64,000 bases of DNA from an uncultured Holophagales bacterium. Lineage in GTDB: Bacteria > Acidobacteriota > Thermoanaerobaculia > Multivoradales > UBA5704. The first letter of the stretch is position 1. Each line of letters begins with the position of its first letter. The stretch covers positions 72,511-136,510 of the forward strand of contig CAWJGT010000020.1 in NCBI GenBank assembly GCA_963842525.1, written 5' to 3'. Positions 29,959-36,512 of this stretch are shown piece by piece. The notes below the pieces were generated by a model. The model had not been told where the DNA came from, did not search any database, and was given only the letters and a program-made list of their open reading frames with translations. Position numbers and translations under genes: made by a program.

Positions 29959-31674
29959 ATGACACCTGAACGGCTCCGGCAGCTCCTTGGCGGCGAGTCC
30001 CTCGAAGTCGAGTACAAAAGCGAGCGGAGAGGGCCATTCAACGACCGGGATCTGGTCGAGGCAGTGGTCTGCCTGGCCAATCGGCCGGGAACTGGAACCG
30101 GCTACCTCCTCCTCGGAGTGGAGGACGATCGCCAGGTGACCGGCGCCAGACCCCGGCACGAAAGCGGTCGGCGGACCGATCCTCTTCTCGTACAGACATT
30201 GATCGCTCACCGGACCAGCCCCTCCCTCATCTGCCGAGCCGAGGTGGTGCCGGTTGAAGAGCGCGAGGTTCTGGTCATTGAGGTACCGGTCTCAGCAGTG
30301 CCGGTCTGCACCACTGACGGAACCTATACGAGGCGAAGGCTCGATCGGCAGGGGCGGCCGGAATGTGTCGCCTTCTCTTATCACGACATGCAGACGCAGC
30401 GGGCCGACCGGGGTCTCCTCGACTACTCTGCCCAGGTTGTCCCCGAAGCGCGGTGGGAAGATCTCGATCCCCTGGAATTCGAGCGGTTTCGCCGTAACAT
30501 CCGGGAGAGCGTAGGGGTCGGAGATCGCGCCCTCGATGAGTTGCCGGACTTGGAACTCGCCAAAGCTCTGGGGGCTGTGGAGGCGAACCATGAAGTCCGA
30601 GCGATTCGGATCCTGGGTCTGTTGCTCTTCGGCACCCCTGAGGCGCTCGGCAAGTGGATCCGCCCCTATGAGGTTGCCTTTCAGGTGCTTTCCCCTCAGG
30701 TCGAGGTCAACGACTTCTTCCACTGGCCGTTGCTGCGGGTGATCGACGAAGTCCTCACCCGCTTTCGTGCCCGCAACCGGGAGGATGAGATCTTCGCCGG
30801 ATTCCAGCGAATCGGAGTTCCCAGCTACTCGGAAATCGCTTTCCGCGAGGCCGTGGCCAACGCCCTCATTCATCGAGATTACACACGCCTCGGCGCAGTC
30901 CACATTCAATGGTGGCCGGATCGGATCGAAATCTCAAACCCCGGAGGGTTTCCTGAAGGCGTCCGGCTCGACAACCTGCTCGACACTACACCGCGGCCCC
31001 GGAACCCGCTCCTGGCAGACGCTTTCAAGCGAGCCGGAATCGTGGAGCGGACGGCCCGCGGCATTGACACGATCTTCTATGAGCAGCTTCGGAATGGACG
31101 GCCGGAGCCTGATTATGGGAGGACTTCCTCGACGAATGTCGTCCTCGTCCTCCCCGGAGGCGCCGCGGATCTGGCTTTCGTCCGCCGGGTCGTGGAGCGA
31201 GGCCTCGCCGGTGAGCGGCTGGGCCTGCCTTCGCTCCAAGCGTTCTGGCAGGAATGGCAAGGAGCCAAAGCTCAATCCTCGCCCGAGCGCCTCTTGGAGC
31301 CCACCGGTGAGGATGGGCTGATCATCATCTCCATTGGAGGCGAATCCATTCGGCCGACTGTCGAGGCATCCCTTGAAGAGTTGGGTCTTCATCCAGCCCT
31401 CGTTCTCGTCGACTTCCACTCCACCGAATACGTGGCGCCGGAAAGGAGGGGATGGGAGGCGGAAGCACGGCAGATCCGGAATCTCGTCAAGAGCTTCGTT
31501 GAAGACCCCCGCGTCTCGCGCCTCCACCTCTTCTATCGCGGGCCCGTGGTCCTGGCCCCTTTGCTCGGGGCCTTGATTGCACCCGTCAAGCCTCTGATCG
31601 TCTATTATTACCAGGACGGCGGCTACCGGCCGGCGTACACCTTGAACAGGAGGTTCCTCATCTCCAGAGATTGA
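29959..31674 (+). CDS. AlbA_2 (Schlafen-like) + HATPase_c_4 (RecG C-terminal-like) protein with C-terminal SAVED-like module
   Basis: GESLEVEYKS...CLAN...GYLLLGVED; REAVANALIHRDY, ISNPGG, PRNPLLA; tail LHLFYRGPVVLAPLLG...VYYYQ..GYRP. Confidence 0.8.
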   Translation: MTPERLRQLLGGESLEVEYKSERRGPFNDRDLVEAVVCLANRPGTGTGYLLLGVEDDRQVTGARPRHESGRRTDPLLVQTLIAHRTSPSLICRAEVVPVEEREVLVIEVPVSAVPVCTTDGTYTRRRLDRQGRPECVAFSYHDMQTQRADRGLLDYSAQVVPEARWEDLDPLEFERFRRNIRESVGVGDRALDELPDLELAKALGAVEANHEVRAIRILGLLLFGTPEALGKWIRPYEVAFQVLSPQVEVNDFFHWPLLRVIDEVLTRFRARNREDEIFAGFQRIGVPSYSEIAFREAVANALIHRDYTRLGAVHIQWWPDRIEISNPGGFPEGVRLDNLLDTTPRPRNPLLADAFKRAGIVERTARGIDTIFYEQLRNGRPEPDYGRTSSTNVVLVLPGGAADLAFVRRVVERGLAGERLGLPSLQAFWQEWQGAKAQSSPERLLEPTGEDGLIIISIGGESIRPTVEASLEELGLHPALVLVDFHSTEYVAPERRGWEAEARQIRNLVKSFVEDPRVSRLHLFYRGPVVLAPLLGALIAPVKPLIVYYYQDGGYRPAYTLNRRFLISRD

Positions 31675-31691
31675 AGAGGTCAGGGATGGCT

Positions 31692-31979
31692 TGACACAAG
31701 GCCCTCCGTCGCGCGAGCGGCGGATGCAAATCGGGTGAATTGCCGGAAAGCCCGGGGACGGGTCACCGGCAGCCAAGGCCGGCATGGAGGATCGCGATCC
31801 GAGGGGCTGGCAAGGTTCAGAGACTAGGACCCGAGCGAAAGCGGTAATGGTCCCACGAGCGCCCGACGCCTCCCTCGGGAGGCGATGAGATAGTCCGTTC
31901 TACCGACATGATCCGGTGTTTCTTGAAACGGTAGAAGCCGGGGATAAAGAGCCTCGGCGGTAACAAACCCTGGCTAAAG
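31692..31979 (+). ncRNA. group I intron-like ribozyme without evident host gene
   Basis: P element AATTGCCGGAAA, Q ACCGGCAGC, R GTTCAGAGACTA (31815-31826), S GAGATAGTCC (31887-31896); P3 TCGGGTG/CGCCCGA; P1, P2, P8, P9 helices visible; 3' end uncertain (G31972 or G31979). Confidence 0.85.
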
Positions 31980-32048
31980 TTCCCAGGACCTCTTCAGCGG
32001 CAGCTCATTTTTTCGCCTGACCGGATAGAATCCCCCTCGCCAACGGTC

Positions 32049-33248
32049 ATGCGTCCCATCTCCCAACGCCGGCGCGCCGGCACGCCCTTCGGCTGCCTGA
32101 TCCTGTTCTTCGGGATCTTCCTCGCCTTCGGCTCGGTGTTCCTGTACTTCTTTTTCCTGCGGCCGGTCGGAGGCCTGCTGGCAGCCCGCTCCTGGACAGA
32201 GGTGTCCTGCGTGGTGCTGGAGAGCCGGGTGGCCGAGAGCTCCGACTCGGACGGGACCACCTACAAGCCGGACATCCTGTACTCCTACTCGGTCGGCGGC
32301 ATCGTCCATCAGTCCCGGCGCTACGACATGATGGAGGCCTATTCGAGCGGCTATGACGGCAAGGCCGAGATCGTGGCCCGCTACCCTCCCGGCAGGCAGA
32401 CCTCCTGCTGGGTCGATCCCGCCAACCCGAACGAGGCGGTGCTCTCGCGAGGCTTCTCGGCGGCCTATCTGGTCGGGCTCTTCCCGCTGATCTTCGTGGC
32501 TGTCGGTGCCTTCGGGCTCATCTGGGCGGTGCGCCAGAAGAACAAGACGCGCACAGCGGCGGCGCGGACGGGTGGCCCTGGCGACATCGCCTCTCCTTTC
32601 GGAGTCCAGATCCCCACCGAAGCCGCGGGTCCACTGGAGCTGCGGCCCAAGATGACGCGCCTCGGCAAGCTGCTCGGCCTTCTTTTCGCCAGCGTCTTCT
32701 GGAACGGGATCGTCTCGGTCTTCGTCTGGCAGGCCGTACAGCTCTGGCGGCAAGGACAACCGGACGGCTGCATGACCACGTTCCTGATCCCCTTCGTCCT
32801 GATCGGCCTGCTCCTGATCTTCGGCGTGTTCCAACAGCTCCTGGTGCTGTTCAATCCCCGTCTGAAGATCACGCTCAGCCGGGGTGTGCTCGCGCCGGGA
32901 GAGCCCGTCCACCTCCAATGGACGCTCTCGGGACGGGCTGCCGGTGTCCACCGCCTGCAGATCGTGTTGGAAGGGAAGGAAGAGGCCACCTACCGCCGCG
33001 GCACCGACACCTGCACCGACCGCGAGACCTTCGCCTTGGTCACGGTCGTCGATACGACCGAGCCCTTCACGATCCCGGCCGGCTCGGCGCCTCTCGAAGC
33101 GCCCGCCGGGACCATGCCCTCGTTCGCAGCCGAGCACAACAAGATCATCTGGACGCTGAAAGCTGTCTGTGAGATCCCCGGCTGGCCCGATTCCGAGGAC
33201 GAGTACGAGATCCTGGTGGCCCCCGGGAGCTATGGAGGCTGGTCGTGA
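32049..33248 (+). CDS. DUF3592-like membrane protein
   Basis: TM helix, SW.EV..VVLES...TYKPDILYSY...YPPG....WVDPANP, further TMs and a beta-rich C-terminus. Confidence 0.75.
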   Translation: MRPISQRRRAGTPFGCLILFFGIFLAFGSVFLYFFFLRPVGGLLAARSWTEVSCVVLESRVAESSDSDGTTYKPDILYSYSVGGIVHQSRRYDMMEAYSSGYDGKAEIVARYPPGRQTSCWVDPANPNEAVLSRGFSAAYLVGLFPLIFVAVGAFGLIWAVRQKNKTRTAAARTGGPGDIASPFGVQIPTEAAGPLELRPKMTRLGKLLGLLFASVFWNGIVSVFVWQAVQLWRQGQPDGCMTTFLIPFVLIGLLLIFGVFQQLLVLFNPRLKITLSRGVLAPGEPVHLQWTLSGRAAGVHRLQIVLEGKEEATYRRGTDTCTDRETFALVTVVDTTEPFTIPAGSAPLEAPAGTMPSFAAEHNKIIWTLKAVCEIPGWPDSEDEYEILVAPGSYGGWS

Positions 33249-33637
33249 GCTGGATCCAGGTCGAGACCGCCGACGGTGTGACCTCCTTCCTGCCGGGCGC
33301 TACGGTCGAGGGTAAGACCTTCTGGCGCCTCGATCCGCCGCCCGAGAGCGTCGAGCTGCGGCTTTTCTGGTACACGGAAGGGAAGGGAGACCAGGACGTA
33401 GGGATCGTCGAGGCCATCCCCTTCGCCGACCCGGCCCGGGAGGACCGGCGTTCCTTCCAGCTCCGCCTGCCCGAAGGGCCTTTCAGCTTTTCCGGCAAGC
33501 TGATCTCGCTCACGTGGGCGATCGAGGTCGTGGCCCAGCCCGGCGAACGGATGGGGCGCCTCGAGATCACCGTCTCGCCGACCGGTCAGGAGATCCGGCT
33601 CGCGCCTGGAGGAGGGTCCCATCCGGGCCCGGGATAA
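33245..33637 (+). CDS. hypothetical beta-sandwich protein
   Basis: GTGA overlap; ELRLFWYTEGKG...PFSFSGKLISLTW resembles the C-terminal domain of the upstream gene. Confidence 0.7.
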   Translation: MSWIQVETADGVTSFLPGATVEGKTFWRLDPPPESVELRLFWYTEGKGDQDVGIVEAIPFADPAREDRRSFQLRLPEGPFSFSGKLISLTWAIEVVAQPGERMGRLEITVSPTGQEIRLAPGGGSHPGPG

Positions 33638-34199
33638 CCCCTTCACGGTCCAGCGGGTCCTGGCTGTCCGCTACCGGCCCTCCGGCACCACCTGGGAGGA
33701 GCTGCTCGCGAGGCTGGCCGCGTTGCGCTACCGGGCCGCGATCGTCGGCCCGCACGGCCGTGGCAAGACGACGCTCCTCGAAGACCTGGCTCCCCGCCTC
33801 GCCGCGCTGGGGCTGGCGATCCGGACGATCACCCTGAACGAGGCGCATCCGCGGCTGGACGGCCGGGACCGCGAGCTGCTCCGGCGCCTCGGCCCACGCG
33901 ACTGCCTCCTCCTGGACGGGGCGGAACGGCTGGGCCGGCTCGCCTGGCTGCGCCTGCGCCGGCAGACCCGGACCGCCGGAGGCCTCGTGATCACCGCCCA
34001 CACCCCGGGCCTCCTGCCGGCTCTGATCACCTGCGAGACCACGCCCCATCTGCTCGACGGAATCGTCCGCGACCTCCTCGGGCCGGAGGCGGACGGCCTG
34101 CGACCCACGGCGGAGGAGCTGTTCGCCCGGCACCGGGGCAACCTGCGCGATGCTTTACGGCAGCTCTACGACGTCTACGCGGAAGGGAGGAGAGATTGA
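33621..34199 (+). CDS. small P-loop NTPase
   Basis: GPHGRGKTT Walker A, LLLDGAE Walker B; frame extends 5' to an ATC at 33621 behind a GGAGG. Confidence 0.7.
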   Translation: MRARDNPFTVQRVLAVRYRPSGTTWEELLARLAALRYRAAIVGPHGRGKTTLLEDLAPRLAALGLAIRTITLNEAHPRLDGRDRELLRRLGPRDCLLLDGAERLGRLAWLRLRRQTRTAGGLVITAHTPGLLPALITCETTPHLLDGIVRDLLGPEADGLRPTAEELFARHRGNLRDALRQLYDVYAEGRRD

Positions 34200-34672
34200 A
34201 ACGTCCCATGCTTCCACTGGCCCTGCTCCTGTTGACCGGCTGTGTCGCCGTTCGCGAGGCTCCGGAAACCCCGCACCCGGCCCGCCGGGTCATCTCGACG
34301 GACCGTGCTCCGGCGGCCATCGCGGCCTACTCGCAGGCCATCCAGGTGGGGGATACCCTCTGGCTGGCCGGCCAGATCGGCCTCGATCCGGCCACCCGCG
34401 AGATCGTCCCAGGAGGCCTGGAGGCGGAGACCCGCCGCGCCCTGGACAACTGCAGGGCCGTGCTGGAGGCGGCCGGCTTCTCGCTGCGGGACGTGGTGCA
34501 GGTCCAGGTCTTCCTGGCGGACATCAGCGACTACACAAAGCTCAACGAGGTCTATACCGGCTACTTTCCCAAGGACCCGCCGGCTCGCGCCGTCGTGGCG
34601 GTCGCGGCCCTGCCGCGAGGTGCGCGGGTGGAGATCGTCATGACCGCGGTCCGCCACGGAGGCGAGGATTGA
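34196..34672 (+). CDS. Rid (RidA/YjgF) family protein with lipoprotein signal
   Basis: APAAIAAYSQA, AGQIGLDP, PARAVVAVAALPRGARVEI; N-terminal LLLTGC. Confidence 0.9.
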   Translation: MKRPMLPLALLLLTGCVAVREAPETPHPARRVISTDRAPAAIAAYSQAIQVGDTLWLAGQIGLDPATREIVPGGLEAETRRALDNCRAVLEAAGFSLRDVVQVQVFLADISDYTKLNEVYTGYFPKDPPARAVVAVAALPRGARVEIVMTAVRHGGED

Positions 34673-34732
34673 CCCGCTGCCTCGGTCAGCGATAAGGTCT
34701 CCCCCAGATTCCAAAAAGAGAGGAAACGGGCC

Positions 34733-35917
34733 ATGCCTGATTCGGTGACCGTGAGGAGCAGTCAGTCGTGGTTTTCCCGCATCGGCGGGTCGATCAAGAG
34801 CGTCCTGGTCGGCCTGCTGCTGTTCGTCGCCTCCTTCCCGATCCTGTTCTGGAACGAGGGCCGGGCCGTGCGCACCGCCAAGAGCCTGGAGGAGGGCGCC
34901 GGAGCGGTGGTCAGCGTGCCGGCGGACGCGGTCAATGCGGCGAACGCCGGGAAGCTGGTGCATATGAGCGGCGCCGTAGCAACGGACGCGCCCCTGGTCG
35001 ACCCGGACTTCGGCGTCCAGGCGTCCGCGGTCAAGCTGATCCGGGACGTCGAGATGTACCAGTGGAAGGAAAACGAGAAGTCCGAGACCAAGAAGAAGCT
35101 CGGCGGCGGGGAAGAGACGGTGACGACCTACACGTACGAGAAGGCCTGGTCGTCCGACACCATCGACTCGGCGAGCTTCCAGGAAACCTCCGGGCACGAG
35201 AATCCGGGGAGCTTCCCGGTCCAGGCCAACACGGTGGTGGCCGATCCGGTCCGGCTCGGCGCCTTCCAGCTCTCGCCCGAGCAGATCGACAAGCTCACGG
35301 ATGCGCAAGACCTGCCGGTCAACGATGCCATGGGCGAGGCGATCCCCGAGCCGATGCGGGAGCAGGTCCAGGTGAGCGGCGGGGTCTTCTACATGGGCGA
35401 GAACCCGTCCTCGCCACAGATCGGCGACGCGCGGATCCGCTTCCGCGTCGTCCGGCCGTCGACGGCGAGCGTGGTGGGCGTCCAGACCGGGAGCACCTTC
35501 GCGCCCTTCCAGGCCGAGGCAGGAGATGCGGTCCTCCTGGTGGAGGAGGGTACCCACGGCGCGGCCGAGATGTTCCAGTCGGCCCAGGACGCCAACAAGG
35601 TGATGACCTGGATCCTCCGCGCGCTCGGCTGGTTCCTGATGTTCATCGGCCTGACGATGGTCTTCCGGCCGATCTCGGTCTTCGCCGACGTGGTCCCCCT
35701 GTTCGGCACGATGCTGGGCGCCGGTCTGGGGATCTTCTCCTTCCTGATCTCCGCGGCCCTCTCGATCCTGACGATCGCCGTCAGTTGGCTTTTCGTCCGG
35801 CCGCTCCTGGGGATCACATTGCTGGTGGTGGCCGTCGCCGCCATTGTCTGGCTGGTGCGGCTCGGCAAGAAGAAGAAAAAGGCGCGGATGGGGGCGCCGG
35901 TAGTGCAGACGGCGTAG
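34733..35917 (+). CDS. TMEM43 family membrane protein
   Basis: LFWNEGRAV, KLIRDVEMYQWKE, C-terminal TM bundle TWILR..GW. Confidence 0.88.
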   Translation: MPDSVTVRSSQSWFSRIGGSIKSVLVGLLLFVASFPILFWNEGRAVRTAKSLEEGAGAVVSVPADAVNAANAGKLVHMSGAVATDAPLVDPDFGVQASAVKLIRDVEMYQWKENEKSETKKKLGGGEETVTTYTYEKAWSSDTIDSASFQETSGHENPGSFPVQANTVVADPVRLGAFQLSPEQIDKLTDAQDLPVNDAMGEAIPEPMREQVQVSGGVFYMGENPSSPQIGDARIRFRVVRPSTASVVGVQTGSTFAPFQAEAGDAVLLVEEGTHGAAEMFQSAQDANKVMTWILRALGWFLMFIGLTMVFRPISVFADVVPLFGTMLGAGLGIFSFLISAALSILTIAVSWLFVRPLLGITLLVVAVAAIVWLVRLGKKKKKARMGAPVVQTA

Positions 35918-35919
35918 GG

Positions 35920-35978
35920 CCCTCACCCCCCTGACCCCCCTCTCCCATCCGCCCTCCCGGCCCCCGGGAGAGGGGGGA
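35920..35978. repeat. REP-like palindromic element (family A, CCCTCACCCC...CCCTCTCCC)
   Basis: Inverted partner at 36426-36485; further copies at 44639-44692, 44731-44790 and 63133-63190. Confidence 0.8.
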
Positions 35979-36007
35979 AGAATAGAATTGAGAGGAGGCT
36001 TTTCGGA

Positions 36008-36425
36008 ATGGCATTCCGTGGCTCTTTGGAGCGGAGGGACTCCTTACGGCGGGAGGACTTCACCCACGCGAAACGCAAATCGCGGGAGCTGCGCAGAGAG
36101 CCGACCGAGTCCGAAGCGGCGCTCTGGGAGTTGCTGAGGAACCGGAGCCTCGTTGGAATGAAGTTCCGGCGGCAGGTGCCGGTTGACCGCTACATCGTCG
36201 ATTTCTACTGTCACGACCGAAGGCTTGTCGTAGAGGCTCGACGGGGACATCCATGCCTTACCCGAGCAGGAGATGCATGACGCAAGTCGTGACACCCACC
36301 TGCGCTCCCTCGGTTTGAGAATTCTCCGCATCCCCAACGCTGTGATCTTCAAAGATCCCGATGCAGTCTTGAGGGCAATTCGCGAGGCGGCAAACCGTCC
36401 CGTGGCCATCCCGAAGAGCAGGTAA
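36008..36425 (+). CDS. DUF559 (Vsr-like) endonuclease, apparent frameshift near 36238
   Basis: LRREPTESEAALW.LLR...KFRRQ.P..YIVDFYC...LVVE, continuing DG.IH...RD.HL...G.RILR in another frame. Confidence 0.85.
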
Positions 36426-36485
36426 CCCTTCCCCCTCTCCCGGGGGAAGGGAGGGCGGATGGGAGAGGGGGCCAGGGGGTGAGGG
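36426..36485. repeat. REP-like element (family A), inverted relative to the 35920 copy
   Basis: ccccctctcccgggggaagggagggcggatgggagagggggccagggggtgaggg. Confidence 0.8.
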
Positions 36486-36512
36486 GCTCCCGAAGGCTAC
36501 AATGCCCCTGTC

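Noticed and set aside
23102-31674. TIR gene and SAVED-like gene as one CBASS/Thoeris-type operon
   Set aside because: Opposite strands, more than 5 kb apart, separated by housekeeping genes, and no cyclase is present.
31671-31997. SRP RNA, 6S RNA, RNase P or tmRNA
   Set aside because: Lacks their signature motifs, whereas the P/Q/R/S elements and the P3-P7 pseudoknot of group I introns are all present.
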